Below, piece by piece: positions 1-10,749 of a stretch of 64,000 bases of DNA. Each line of letters begins with the position of its first letter. Positions within the stretch are counted from its first letter, which is position 1. Under the pieces are notes generated by a model. The model was not told the DNA's origin. It was given only the letters and a program-made list of their open reading frames with translations, and searched no databases. A program made the position numbers and the translations under genes. The DNA is from an uncultured delta proteobacterium (GTDB lineage Bacteria; Desulfobacterota; Binatia; UBA9968): positions 224,001 to 288,000 of the forward strand of contig CAWJZV010000046.1 in assembly GCA_963847445.1 (NCBI GenBank), read 5' to 3'.

Positions 1-222
1 CGAGATCAAACTATCGATCGCCAGCACCATCCTGCGGGCGACTACGGTTCAAGGTTCCCACCTCGGCAGCGTGGAGGAATTGAAGACCGTTGTTGCGCTG
101 GCGCGGGAAGGAAAAATTAAACCGATCCCGATTGAGACGCGGCCGACTGTCGGAAGTGAGTCGAACGTTGGATGAGTTGAAGGCGGGGTACGGTGATCGG
201 CAGAGTCGTGGCAGAGGTTTAA
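1..222 (+). CDS. Zn-dependent alcohol dehydrogenase, C-terminal fragment (5' truncated by window, one indel)
   Basis: Frame 2 reads ...ATTVQGSHLGSVEELKTVVALAREGKIKPIPIETRP, then a shifted frame gives LSEVSRTLDELKAG..VIGRVVAEV*; typical MDR/ADH C-terminus. Confidence 0.75.
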
Positions 223-504
223 TGGTTTCTGAGTGCAGTCATTGCTGGAAATATCGTCTCCAGGCTGCAGGCAGAGTCCGTCATCGTGGGGAGCGGTATC
301 CAGGTTATGGCGATGAGGAATAGACCCCGGTCTTCACTGGAGTCGGCGATGAGGCCGGCTATGACGGAATAGATTGTCAACTTCCAGTAGACAAATTCGA
401 CGAACCCTGAGGCTTGAAATGGACGGGCGATCAATGACGGGCGCGGTCGATCTGCGGATCCTGCATCGTATAATTAGCGCAGTGACTACATTGGGTCGTT
501 AGCA

Positions 505-1729
505 ATGATACCTTCTGACAAAGACAAATCCTGGCGCTACGTCACCCTCGCCGCCGCGGCGATGCTGATGATCACCATGGGGGCGCGCCAGGCGCAGGGG
601 TTGTTTGTCTTTCCCATTAGCGGATCGACCGGGGGTGGTATCGTCGCGATCAGTTTCGCCATGGCGGTGGGGCAGTTCATGTGGGGCGTGGCGCAGCCGG
701 TCGCGGGGGCCGGCGGATCGCTTTGGCTCACCCCGCGTGTTGATTGGCGGCGTGCTGCTGCTTGCTGTCGGCACGGCATTGACGCCGTTTTTCACCAGTA
801 GCGTGGGGCTTGGTGTTTACCATCGGTGTTCTCACAGCGGTCGGATCCGGCGCGGGCAGCTTTTCGGTGATGATCGGCACGGTGGCGCACCGTTTACCGC
901 CGGACAGCGCGGCGACGGCGTCGGGATGATCACCGGCGGCGGTTCGTTCGGCCAATTCGTCTTTGCGCCGATTACCCAGACATTGATTTCGACTCTGGGG
1001 TTGGATGGGTGCGATGTGGTCGCTTGGAGCGCATCGCCTTGTTGGCGTTGCCGCTGGTGCAACCGATCATCGGCCCGGCGACGCCATAGCGGCGCGGTTG
1101 GCGTGCCAGTCGCGATGGCGGCATGATGCGCGAACGCTGCGCAAAGCTTTTGGCAACTCCAGTTATCTGTTGCTGCACGGCAGCTTTCTCACCTGCGGCT
1201 TTCATATCGCTTTTCTGGTCACTCATCTGCCGGGTGAAGTCGATCTCTGTGGTTTGCCGGCATCGGTGGCGAGCTGGTCGCTGGCGATCATCGGCTTGTC
1301 CAATATTGCCGGCAGCTTCGCCGCCGGGTGGATGCTCAATCACTTTCGCGGCAAGTATATTTTGTTCTGGCATGTACGGCTCGCGCACGTTGTTGATTTT
1401 GCTTTATCTCGCCGCGCCCAAAACCGAGTGGACGTTTTATCTGATGGCTGTCGGACTCGGCTTTTCATGGCTGGGAACGGCGCCGCCGACCGCCGGCGTG
1501 GTCGGCAAACTTATTCGGCACGCGTTACCTGGCGACGCTCTATGGCCTGACCATGTTGTCGCATCAGACCGGCGCGTTCTTCGGTGCGTGGCTGGGCGGG
1601 CTTGCGTTCGCGCATTACGGCAATTATTTGTCGATGTGGTATGCCGATGCCTTGTTCGCGGCGGTCGCGGCGCTATTGAATCTACCGATCCGCGAACCGC
1701 GAGTCGAACCCGCCGCGGTGCCGGCATAG
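505..1729 (+). CDS. MFS transporter (frameshifted across ORFs 505-801, 605-1126, 1005-1550, 1123-)
   Basis: Hydrophobic helices; motifs [36 protein letters not shown]. Confidence 0.8.
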
Positions 1730-1758
1730 ATTTAATTCGATCGGGAAGGATTTTTACA

Positions 1759-2076
1759 ATGTCTGAATTTACCAATGTCACGGTCATCAAAAAAGCCAAT
1801 GTTTACTTCGACGGCAAAGTCGTCAGTCGCACGGTGGTCTTTGCCGATGGCTCTAAGAAAACGCTGGGGATCATGCAGCCAGGTGAGTACGAGTTCGGCA
1901 CCGGCGACAAAGAGCTCATGGAAATCATCAGTGGTGAGTTGGATGTCGCTCTCCCCGGCGCCGCCAGCGCCAGGCCGGTGAAAGCGGGAGAGTCTTTCGA
2001 GGTGCCGGCGAATTCTAAATTCCGCATGGTGGTCAAAACGTTGACCGATTATTGCTGCACTTTCATCGCCTCCTAG
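1759..2076 (+). CDS. ppnP: Pyrimidine/purine nucleoside phosphorylase (DUF1255/YaiE)
   Basis: [26 protein letters not shown]...[15 protein letters not shown]...ELMEIISG...FEVPANSKF...DYCC; SD-like GGAAGGA upstream. Confidence 0.9.
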   Translation: MSEFTNVTVIKKANVYFDGKVVSRTVVFADGSKKTLGIMQPGEYEFGTGDKELMEIISGELDVALPGAASARPVKAGESFEVPANSKFRMVVKTLTDYCCTFIAS

Positions 2077-2201
2077 CTGTTGGCATTCGCTAGCCCGCTA
2101 TTTCCTAATTCCATTTCGCAAAATTTGCCCCGGGCTGGCACGTCGATGGTGAGCCGTTCTCGCCGCCGGCCTCGACGTTCGGAAAATAGACTCGGACGGC
2201 T

Positions 2202-2238
2202 GCAACCGCGGTTGCCTCTAATTGTAACCTGCGGTTGC
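2202..2238. promoter_or_regulatory. Tandem dyads, putative enhancer (UAS) for the sigma54 promoter at 2315
   Basis: GCAACCGCGGTTGC (2202-2215, perfect palindrome) and GTAACCTGCGGTTGC (2224-2238), about 80-110 bp upstream of the -24/-12 site. Confidence 0.55.
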
Positions 2239-2314
2239 TGTGTGCCGCTCACTTTCGCAGTGAGCATTTTTCGTAATCCCCGTAATATCCTTTACTTACA
2301 TCGGTTTCCGCTGC

Positions 2315-2330
2315 TGGCACTCAGCTTGCT
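2315..2330 (+). promoter_or_regulatory. Sigma54 (-24/-12) promoter
   Basis: TGGCACTCAGCTTGCT matches TGGCAC-N5-TTGCW exactly; 40 bp before the GrpB ORF. Confidence 0.8.
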
Positions 2331-2369
2331 CCTAGGCTTGGGCAAAGTCTTGAAAGCGAGGGTGGTCAA

Positions 2370-3007
2370 TTGCTAGCAGCAAGACAACGATGCGACACTC
2401 CTGCCATAAGAGTTGAGCGCTATGCGGCCAGACCGGCGCGCTACTTTCCCTACGATCCCGAAGCGCCGCAGGTCGCCGCGCGGGTCATCGACGCGATTCT
2501 CGATTGTCGATCGACTCTATATGTCGATCATATTGGCAGCACGGCGGTGCCTGGTTGCGGCGGCAAGGGGATCATCGATTTGTTGGTATCTTATCCCGCG
2601 GGCGCGTTTTTCGTTGCCAGGGATGCACTCGATCAGGTGGGCTTTCAACCGCAGGGCGGCCCTGAGCCATTTCCCGAATCGCGGCCGATGCGTGTCGGGG
2701 CCGCGACCTATCGCGGCAAGGCGTATCTAATTCATGCTCATGTGATCCGCAGCGGCGACCGCGAGGGACAGGACCTCATCGGTTTCGTGATCGCTTGCGT
2801 GCCGATGCCGAGCTAGTGCAAGCCTACCAAGTGGAGAAATTGTCGATTCTCGCCAGCGGCATCACTGTTAGCACGGAGTATTCGAAGGCAAAGAGTGAAT
2901 TCATCCGCGGTGTGCTCGGCGCGGCTCATGGAACCAAGCCAGTTGCATCTTCTCGCACTGGATCGATTGCCTGCTCGCCGGCGTCGCAGATAGTTACCGC
3001 CCGATAA
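2370..3007 (+). CDS. GrpB/UPF0157 nucleotidyltransferase-fold protein (one frameshift near 2795)
   Basis: VDHIGSTAVPGCGGKGIIDLLV...IHAHV...YQVEK...YSKAKSEFIR motifs. Confidence 0.85.
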
Positions 3008-3051
3008 GCCTGCCATTGAGAATCGCACCTGCTCGTGCCTATAGTGACGGT

Positions 3052-4260
3052 ATGCTATTTGCTAAGCTCGGTTTGTCCGACAAGGTTCTCGAAGGGGTTA
3101 AGGCGGCCGGTTACACCGACCCAACACCGATTCAGCTGCGCGCGATTCCGTTAGCGCTTGAAGGCCGCGATCTCATCGGCTCGGCACAGACCGGCACGGG
3201 TAAAACCGCCGCGTTCGCTTTGCCGATCATTTCTCGTCTCGGCCCGCATGGTAAAACCCGTGCCCTGATACTCGAGCCGACACGCGAGTTGGCGGCGCAG
3301 GTTGAAACCGCGTTTCATGATTATTCGCGCTTTACCGACCTGCGCACGGTCGTGTTGTTCGGCGGCACGGGCTACGGCAAGCAAGATCAAGCCTTGCGCC
3401 GCGGTACTGATGTTGTCGTCGCGACGCCGGGCCGGTTGCTCGATCAATTGCAGCGCCAGATGCTGCGCCTGAACGATATCGAATTCCTGGTTCTCGACGA
3501 AGCCGACCGCATGCTCGATATGGGCTTCATGCCCGACGTGCGCAAGATCGTCGACCGCGTGCCCAAGACCCGGCAGACCATGCTATTTTCGGCAACGATT
3601 CCCCCGGAGATCGATGCGCTGGTGCGCTGGGCGATGAAGAATCCCGAAACGATTCAGATCGGCCAGCGCCGTTCGCCCGCCGAAACCATCACCCACGCGC
3701 TTTATCCCGTCGATGTCGGGCAGAAACAAGAGCTGCTGGCGGAGCTGTTGGAGCGCACCGAATACGATCAAGTGTTGATCTTCTGCCGCACCAAGAACGG
3801 CGCCGACCGGGTGGCGCGCCGGCTCACGGAGAAGGGTCACTTGGTCGCGGTGCTGCATTCCAATCGCACCCAGCGCGAGCGCGAGCAGGCGCTCAATGGA
3901 TTCCGCAACGGCCGCTACGAAGTCATGGTCGCCACCGACATCGCCGCCCGCGGCATCGACGTCGAGCAGATCAGCCATGTGATCAATTACGATGTGCCGC
4001 ATCATCCGGAAGATTACGTCCATCGCATCGGCCGCACCGGCCGGGCGCAAAGCGTCGGCGATGCCTTCACCCTGATGACCGCCGAGGATCTCCAGGAAGT
4101 CGCCGCCATCGAGCATTTCATCGGCCAAAAGATTCCTCGGTTAAAAATAGAAAATTTCAACTACGCATTCACCCGTCTGCTCGATCCCAATCCCAAACCG
4201 ACCTTCGGCGCCCGCGCCGGCGCCAAACGTGCCTACGGGCCGGGCCGAGGCCGCTGGTAG
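3052..4260 (+). CDS. DEAD-box RNA helicase (RhlE-like)
   Basis: Q motif PTPIQ, AQTGTGKT, PTRELA, TPGRL, LDEAD, SAT, ARGID, HRIGRTGR. Confidence 0.95.
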   Translation: MLFAKLGLSDKVLEGVKAAGYTDPTPIQLRAIPLALEGRDLIGSAQTGTGKTAAFALPIISRLGPHGKTRALILEPTRELAAQVETAFHDYSRFTDLRTVVLFGGTGYGKQDQALRRGTDVVVATPGRLLDQLQRQMLRLNDIEFLVLDEADRMLDMGFMPDVRKIVDRVPKTRQTMLFSATIPPEIDALVRWAMKNPETIQIGQRRSPAETITHALYPVDVGQKQELLAELLERTEYDQVLIFCRTKNGADRVARRLTEKGHLVAVLHSNRTQREREQALNGFRNGRYEVMVATDIAARGIDVEQISHVINYDVPHHPEDYVHRIGRTGRAQSVGDAFTLMTAEDLQEVAAIEHFIGQKIPRLKIENFNYAFTRLLDPNPKPTFGARAGAKRAYGPGRGRW

Positions 4261-4345
4261 CTCTTCCCATCCGATCCACGACTCGCGTCACTGAGTGGCG
4301 CTTGTTGGTTGTGAGTTTTAAATTACTGTTGACGAAGTAGTCTGC

Positions 4346-4454
4346 ATGCCGGTGAAAACCGGCATTCAGGCGACCGGCAGCATCCGTCATACCGTTGAAG
4401 AACGGTATCCAGGTGGATGTTGGGTCTGGATTCCGGCCTGCGCCGGAATGACGG
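4346..4454. repeat. REP-like palindromic repeat cluster (family A)
   Basis: CCGGTGAAAACCGG, CCGTCATACCGTTGAAGAACGGTATCCAGG and TGGATTCCGGCCTGCGCCGGAATGAC modules, shared with 10008, 15010, 50075 and 55122. Confidence 0.75.
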
Positions 4455-4544
4455 AAATCAGAGCGAACTTCCAGTCAATATATTCAAAATCCCTCGGTTC
4501 TTGCAGCTAAGCGTGTTTAGGCTTAACAATTCCCAACCGCCGCA

Positions 4545-5597
4545 TTATTGAACGAACAATTTCTTGATCTGTTCGGTCACTTCCGCCGGTTGCTTGATGA
4601 TGTCGACGGCGGTTTTCTGCAATTGCTCGCCGCGCAGGGGCGCGATTTCGATGGAAAGCTTTTTCGCTTCAGCGAGTAATTCCGGGTCTTTCGAAGCTCT
4701 TTCGTAGCCGTCGCGCAGGATTTTGACGCGGTCGGCCGGGGTCGCCGGCGGGGCGATCAGCGGCCTTGCCCATTCGCCGCCTTGGAGCATCGCCTCGGCG
4801 ACGCGCCGCTTGGTCGCGGCGGTTTTGTATTCGTCCATCAATTCGTAGATCGTCGGCGCATCGGGGATGCGCGGCGAACGCTTGTGGCCGCTCTGGGCGA
4901 GGAAACGGACGAACTTGGTCTTGAGCCAGCTTAAAAATGGCTCGCGGCCGTAGTACGTGGCGATCGTCAATCCCATGCAGGCGACCTCGCCGCGCTCCAT
5001 GGCCAGGGCGATCTCGCTGCTGCCGGGATAGCCGGTGACATGGCCGACCTTCATGCCGACGGTTTCTTCGAGGATCTTCGACATGACGTAATCCGAACTG
5101 CCGACGCCGGTAGAGCCGCATTTGGGCGGCTCTTTCGAGCGAATGATGTCGGCGACGGATCTGAACGGCGCGTCGGCGCGGGCAAACATGATCATGTCGT
5201 CGTTCTCCAAGGAGCCGATCCACTGAAATTTGGTCAGGTCGAACTTTACTTCCTTCTGGCCGGAGAGCTGGGCCAGATAAAAATTATTGTGCGGCGCCAA
5301 CAAAGTCAGTCCATCCGGTTTGGCCACTCCCCAGACATAATTGGCGGCGGTTACCGAACCGGCGCCGGGCATGTTTTGCACGGCGAAATCGGGATTGCCG
5401 GGGATGTACCTGCCCATGTAGCGGGAAACTAAACGGGCGGCGCGATCGTAGCCGCCACCGGTGCTGAGGCCGACGACGATGCGGATCTGTTTGCCTTTGA
5501 AGAACGACTCCTGGGCGTGCAGGGCTTGTGACGGCCATGCCGCGGCCATCATGAGCATCAGGCCGGCCCAGATCATTTTGTCGCGTTGTATCATCAT
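4545..5597 (-). CDS. Bug/TctC tripartite tricarboxylate transporter substrate-binding protein
   Basis: Signal peptide; FFKGKQIRIVVG..GGGYD, VQNMPGAG, AKPDGLT, GYPGSSEIALAMERGEV. Confidence 0.9.
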   Translation of the reverse strand: MMIQRDKMIWAGLMLMMAAAWPSQALHAQESFFKGKQIRIVVGLSTGGGYDRAARLVSRYMGRYIPGNPDFAVQNMPGAGSVTAANYVWGVAKPDGLTLLAPHNNFYLAQLSGQKEVKFDLTKFQWIGSLENDDMIMFARADAPFRSVADIIRSKEPPKCGSTGVGSSDYVMSKILEETVGMKVGHVTGYPGSSEIALAMERGEVACMGLTIATYYGREPFLSWLKTKFVRFLAQSGHKRSPRIPDAPTIYELMDEYKTAATKRRVAEAMLQGGEWARPLIAPPATPADRVKILRDGYERASKDPELLAEAKKLSIEIAPLRGEQLQKTAVDIIKQPAEVTEQIKKLFVQ

Positions 5598-5773
5598 TTC
5601 TCCTCCGCGTTTTTGACAAGATCTCTCGCGCTGCAAATATAAAGCGTCGGGCGTGCAATGCAACCATGAATTGCAGCTCTGCTTGACAGCGGATTGATCG
5701 CCGGGCGATATTCAGATCACGCTCGATCTTAGCGCCGCAATTTACTCAAGCCAAGCCAGTATGAAAGATTTGA

Positions 5774-6416
5774 ATGTACTTACCCAGTCACTTTGAAGAG
5801 ACTCGCACAGAAGTCTTGCACCAGTTGATGCACGAGCGGCCGCTGGCGACGCTGGTGACATTGGCGGCCGCGGGACTCAACGCCAATCATCTGCCCTTCG
5901 AACTCGACAGCGAGCCGCTGCCCAACGGTACGCTACGCTGTCATGTCGCCCGGGCCAATCCGGTATGGCGCGACTATTCCCGCGACACCGAAGCGTTGGT
6001 GATTTTTCATGGGCCGCAGGTTTACATTTCGCCGTCTTGGTATGAGACCAAGAAACAGAGCGGCGAAGTCGTGCCGACCTATAACTATGCCGTCGTCCAC
6101 GCCTATGGCGCGCTGCGAATAATTGACGACCGCGCGTGGCTGCGCGGCTTGGTGACGCGCTTGACCGAGCGCTTCGAAAGCGCCAGCTCGGCGCCCTGGC
6201 AAGTGAGCGATGCGCCGGAGGATTTTATCGACAAACAGTTGGGCGCCATCGTTGGCATCGAGATCGCGATTACAAAATTAGCCGGCAAATGGAAGGTCAG
6301 CCAAAATCGCCCGGCGCTGGATCGCGCCGGTGTCGTCGAAGCCTTGAGTGAAACCGCCGAGCGCCGACAGTTTGGCCATCGCGCAAATGATTAAAGAACG
6401 TTTCAAGTCGTCGTAA
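5774..6416 (+). CDS. FMN-binding negative transcriptional regulator (PaiB family); indel near 3' end
   Basis: MYLPSHF...HVARANP...GPQVYISPSWY...VPTYNYAVVH...GKWKVSQNR. Confidence 0.9.
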
Positions 6417-6492
6417 CCTCTGACAAACCATGCGAGGCTTTGCAGCGCCGATGGTAGCGCGGTAAAGTCCTGGCAACCAGGTTACAACTTCG

Positions 6493-6870
6493 ATGCTCTC
6501 GGCGGTTTACTTACTCCTTGGCGGAATCCTATTACTTGTCACCTTGGGCCGGGTGGTCGTCCGCGGCGGCGCCAGAGGAACGGACTGGGCGCTCGAAACC
6601 GCGTTTATCCGTCTCGACTTCCCGCCTGAACATAGAGCCGTGGCGCAGCAACTCGCCGCCGGCCTCGCTGAAGTCGTCGGCATGAAGATCAAGCAGTTGA
6701 CGCCGGACCATAATCTCGCCCAAATCGCCGATTGGGCCGATGACCGGATCTACGCCAAGGATCTGATCACGCTGTTCGTCGTCGCCTTTAACGTCCGATG
6801 CGATTCGAACACCACCTTTCGCGCCTTGGTCGAGAAGGTTGCCGAGAAGAAAGCCGACGGATGGCGGTAA
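6493..6870 (+). CDS. Hypothetical membrane-anchored protein
   Basis: N-terminal TM helix, intact 125-aa ORF with coding-like bias. Confidence 0.6.
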   Translation: MLSAVYLLLGGILLLVTLGRVVVRGGARGTDWALETAFIRLDFPPEHRAVAQQLAAGLAEVVGMKIKQLTPDHNLAQIADWADDRIYAKDLITLFVVAFNVRCDSNTTFRALVEKVAEKKADGWR

Positions 6871-7010
6871 GACGGCGGTGTAATGGACTGTTGGGCAAAC
6901 TTTGTCTGTGCCTGAGGCTACGAACGGAGAATCTGACGGTTGGCAGTGATCACTTGCCGGCGACGCGTGCGATGCCATACTGATCATCGACTCCTGAGCA
7001 CTATTTAACC

Positions 7011-7682
7011 ATGATCAAGGCGCTGATCTTCGATTTCGACGGCATCATAATTGATAGCGAAAGTCCGGAACTATTGGCTTGGCAGGAAGTCTTTGCTGCC
7101 CGTGGGCGGGAGCTCGATTTGGACGTCTGGGCCGATCTGGTTGGCCGGCCGCGCAATCACTTCGATCTCTACAGATATTTTCAAGAGCATATCGATCCCG
7201 TCGCCGACATCGATGCGTTGCGCATCGAGCGGCGCGCTCGGGTCATCGCGTTGACGGAGGCGCAACCGGTATTGCCGGGAGTGGAGGATTACTTGCGCGG
7301 CGCTTTCGATCTCGGTTTGAAAATTGGCATGGCGTCCAGTTCTTCGGCGAACCATGTGCGCGGACACTTGCAAAGGCTCGAGCTCCTGCAATACTTTCAC
7401 ACGACCAAATGTTTCGAGGACACCGAAGCGCATAAGCCCGAGCCGGCGCCCTATCGGGCGGTGCTCGACGAGCTCGGCGTCGCTCCTCATGAAGCAGTGG
7501 CGTTCGAGGATTCGCCCAACGGCGTGACCGCAGCGCGGGCGGCTGGCATCTTTTGCGTCGCCGTGCCCAATCCGGTGACCTGTCGCTTGCCGCTCGATCA
7601 TGCCGATCATCGCTTGGCTTCGCTCGCCGATGAAGCGCTCGAACAAGTCCTGATGCGGGCGCTTGCGAAAATTACATCGTGA
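7011..7682 (+). CDS. HAD-IA family hydrolase
   Basis: FDFDG motif I, KPEP, FEDSPNG..A..AG. Confidence 0.92.
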   Translation: MIKALIFDFDGIIIDSESPELLAWQEVFAARGRELDLDVWADLVGRPRNHFDLYRYFQEHIDPVADIDALRIERRARVIALTEAQPVLPGVEDYLRGAFDLGLKIGMASSSSANHVRGHLQRLELLQYFHTTKCFEDTEAHKPEPAPYRAVLDELGVAPHEAVAFEDSPNGVTAARAAGIFCVAVPNPVTCRLPLDHADHRLASLADEALEQVLMRALAKITS

Positions 7683-7819
7683 ACGGCGAAATTTGGCGCA
7701 TGTTACTTTGGCCGGCAACTTCATGCCTTATGGGTACCGTTGGAGTTGCGCCGGCTTCGATCTGGTCGTCGCCGGTTATGTCCAGGGACGATTTGCCAAG
7801 TCATAGAAAAGGAAATGTC

Positions 7820-8815
7820 ATGCTCCACCTGTTCAGCTTCATTGTCGCGATTCTTATCGGTTTTGTTTGGCTCATTGCTCCCGTGGCGGCGCAGTCTTTG
7901 GAGAAACTGCGCTTGGTCTACAGCGCCATCGGCGGATCGCAAGCGTCCTTCTGGGTTCCCTACGAAGCCGGCATCTTCCGCAAGCACGGCCTCGACGTCG
8001 AACTGCTCTATGTCGCTGGCGGCGGGCGCGCGGCGCAAGTGGTGCAGTCGGGCGAGGTGCCCATCGGTGTTTTTACCGGCGGCGCGGTGATCAATTCCAA
8101 CCTCGCCGGCGGCGATCTCGTCGTCATCGCCAGTTCGATGAACGTCATGACGTTCGTTGTCATGGCGCGCCCGGAGATTCGCCGCGTCGAGGATCTCAAG
8201 GGTAAAAAGATCGGTGTGTCGCGCTTCGGCTCAGCCACCGATTTCGGTCTGCGTTACGTCGAAGAGCAGTGGCCGATCAAGCGCCAACGCGATTTTGCCG
8301 TGCTCCAGATGGGCGGCGTCACCGATGTTTACAACGCACTGCGCGCCGGCGTGCTCGACGCCGCGGTGATTAATGCCGAGCTGGCGATTCTCGGCCGCCG
8401 CGAAGGTTTTCGCGAACTCGCCGACATCGCCAAGATGGGCATTAATTTCCCCACGTCCTCGGTGATCACCACCCGTTCGTATATCAAGCGCAACGAAAAC
8501 ACGGTTCGCAAGTTCATCCGCGGCTTCGTCGAGGGCGTGCACTACGGCAAGACCCAGCGCGCGCCGACGATCAAAATCATGATGAAATACCTGCGCAGCA
8601 GCGACGCGGCGATGTTCAACGAGCTCTACGACATGTATATCCTGCAAAATATTCCGCGCATCCCGCGGCCGTCGCCGGAATCACTGAAGACCGTCATCGA
8701 CCAAATGGCCGAAACCGACCCGCGTGTCGCCAATCTGAAACCGGAACAATTCATCGACGGACGGTTTTTCGCGGAACTGGAGAAAGAAGGGTTTATTCAA
8801 AAACTGTGGAAGTGA
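7820..8815 (+). CDS. ABC substrate-binding protein, NMT1/THI5/SsuA-like
   Basis: Signal peptide; GIFRKHGLDVEL, EDLKGKKIGVSRFGS. Confidence 0.88.
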   Translation: MLHLFSFIVAILIGFVWLIAPVAAQSLEKLRLVYSAIGGSQASFWVPYEAGIFRKHGLDVELLYVAGGGRAAQVVQSGEVPIGVFTGGAVINSNLAGGDLVVIASSMNVMTFVVMARPEIRRVEDLKGKKIGVSRFGSATDFGLRYVEEQWPIKRQRDFAVLQMGGVTDVYNALRAGVLDAAVINAELAILGRREGFRELADIAKMGINFPTSSVITTRSYIKRNENTVRKFIRGFVEGVHYGKTQRAPTIKIMMKYLRSSDAAMFNELYDMYILQNIPRIPRPSPESLKTVIDQMAETDPRVANLKPEQFIDGRFFAELEKEGFIQKLWK

Positions 8816-8843
8816 TCGATAACGCTCGAAGGAGACGAAAGTG

Positions 8844-9297
8844 ATGAAATACGCAAGTGTCGTGGTCATACTGCTAATTTTTTGTAGTCCAAACGCAGTC
8901 TGGGGCGCCGACGGACTTATTGCTATTGAAAAGTCCGCACGGCGCGAAGGCGACGATGGATCGGCTGGAAAACATCGTTAAGGAACGCGGACTGATTGTC
9001 TTTAACCGCATCGATCATGCCGCCGGCGCCGCTAAGATCGGCAAGACTCTGCGCACTACGGAGCTTTTGATTTTCGGTAATCCCTCCGGTGGTACGCCGC
9101 TGATGGAATGCGAACAGACCTCTGGCATCGATCTGCCGCTCAAAGCGTTGGTCTGGCAGGATGCGGCGGGTCAGGTATGGCTAGGTTACAACGATCCGGC
9201 GTTCTTGGCTCAGCGCCACGGCGTGGCGAGCTGCCCTGTGGTCGGGAATCTACAAAAAGCGCTCGCCGGCTTCGCCCAGGCGGCGGTTGGGCCGTAA
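8844..9297 (+). CDS. DUF302 family exported protein (indel near 8920)
   Basis: RIDHAAGA...ELLIFGNP.GGTPLM...GIDLPLKALVW. Confidence 0.85.
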
Positions 9298-9356
9298 CTT
9301 GTGGGTTCAGCGATTGAGTGTTGCAACGTAAGTTCAATTCCCAATGCTCGGTGCAA

Positions 9357-9950
9357 ATGAACATGCCAAATAGAAAAATCTGCATCTTTACCGGCTCTCG
9401 CCCTGGGCTTCGTCCGGAGTATGCCGCCGCTGCCAAGCAGCTCGGCCGCGAACTGGTCGAGCGCGGCTACGGCCTTGTCTATGGCGGCGGCAAAGTCGGG
9501 TTGATGACGGTGATCGCCGACACGGTTCTGGAATTGAACGGCCATGTCACCGGTGTGATTCCCAGTTCACTGGTCAGCAAAGAAGTTGCGCACTTGGGCT
9601 TATCGGATTTGCGCGTGGTCGATTCGATGCATGAGCGCAAGGCGCAGATGGCCGAGTTGTCCGACGGTTTTATCGCCATGCCGGGCGGTATCGGCACCAT
9701 GGAAGAGTTGTTCGAGGTTCTCAGTTGGGCGCAGTTGGGGTTGCATGAGAAGCCCTGCGCGTTGTTGAATGTTGCGGGATATTACGATCCGCTCATTCAG
9801 TTTCTCGATCAAGGTGTCGAGCAGGATTTTATTAAGGCGAAGCATCGCGCGTTGTTGATTGTGGAAAGCGATCCTGGCGCGTTGCTTGATCGATTCGCCA
9901 AATTGATTGCCGTTCATCCGGCGAAAACATTTGATGCCAAGGTGACGTAG
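9357..9950 (+). CDS. LOG family (TIGR00730) phosphoribohydrolase
   Basis: LVYGGGKVGLM, MHERK, PGGIGTMEE. Confidence 0.93.
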   Translation: MNMPNRKICIFTGSRPGLRPEYAAAAKQLGRELVERGYGLVYGGGKVGLMTVIADTVLELNGHVTGVIPSSLVSKEVAHLGLSDLRVVDSMHERKAQMAELSDGFIAMPGGIGTMEELFEVLSWAQLGLHEKPCALLNVAGYYDPLIQFLDQGVEQDFIKAKHRALLIVESDPGALLDRFAKLIAVHPAKTFDAKVT

Positions 9951-10007
9951 GTTAAGAATTTTTCGATGATGAGTGTAGTCCGTCAGCTTTAAGCGAATAG
10001 ATAGTTT

Positions 10008-10084
10008 GTCATGCCGGCGCAGGCCGGCATCCAGGTTCGCTTCGAGTTCAAAAGAATGGATTCCGGCCTTCGCCGGAATGACGA
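10008..10084. repeat. REP-like inverted repeat (family A)
   Basis: GTCATGCCGGCGCAGGCCGGCATCCA ... TGGATTCCGGCCTTCGCCGGAATGAC. Confidence 0.8.
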
Positions 10085-10146
10085 AAAGAGGAGTCGGCTT
10101 CGAGTCGACGAACTAAACGACGAGGCGGTAACAAAAAATCGGAAGA

Positions 10147-10462
10147 ATGATGCAACTCTTCCTTTGTCTGGCATTTTTGTTCGGCTTTAGCGGTGATTGG
10201 CTTTTTCCTAGCAATGCGCGTGGGCAATCCGCGGCGTCGTCCGCCGCCTTGATCGAGGGCGCTAAGAAAGAAGGCAGGGTGGTCTTCTACACCCCGCTCA
10301 ACATCAACGACTCCCGGCCGCTGCATTTCCGGACGCGCCGACATCGAGCCGTTGGTGCCCGAGATGCATCATAGCAGACTGAAACTGGCCGCCATCGATC
10401 CGCAGATCGCCGAGGATGTGAATCGCCACGCCAGCGAGTTCCGCGAGTTTTATTCTCGCTAG
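10147..10462 (+). pseudogene. Internally deleted ABC (Fe3+/spermidine-type) substrate-binding protein
   Basis: Signal peptide plus ALIEGAKKEGRVVFYTPLN N-terminus joined directly to a C-terminal-like ISGRADIEPLVPEM...LKLAAIDPQ...EFREFYSR*. Confidence 0.65.
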
Positions 10463-10487
10463 TCCGCATAGCTCGGATTCGAAAATT

Positions 10488-10645
10488 TCTCTCGCAAAGG
10501 CGCAAAGACGCTAAGTTCGGAATAGTTGTCATTTCGACCTTTGGGAGAAATCTTTCTTAGGTCCCTCGCGTTCGCTCGGGATGACGGGCAGCGGCCCGTC
10601 ACCTTGGCGCCCCTTCGACGTTGCTCAGGACATGCTTTGCGAGAG
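10488..10645. repeat. Nested intergenic hairpin repeats
   Basis: CTCGCAAAGGCGCAAAGACGCTAAG...CTTGGCG...CTTTGCGAGA enclosing GTCATTTCGACC...CTCGGGATGAC and CCCTTCGACGTTGCTCAGG modules. Confidence 0.6.
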
Positions 10646-10749
10646 ATACTGCGAAATTTCGCGGCTATTTCCTGCGTAAGCGCTACCTTTTCACCGGCGA
10701 TTTCTGCTATTCAGATTAGATAATCATGGAGAAGGGGCGGCCTAGCGGC

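Noticed and set aside
1123-2076. MFS-PpnP fusion suggested by the ORF track
   Set aside because: PpnP has its own SD and ATG at 1759, and the MFS ends at TAG 1727-1729 in another frame; the fusion is an indel artefact.
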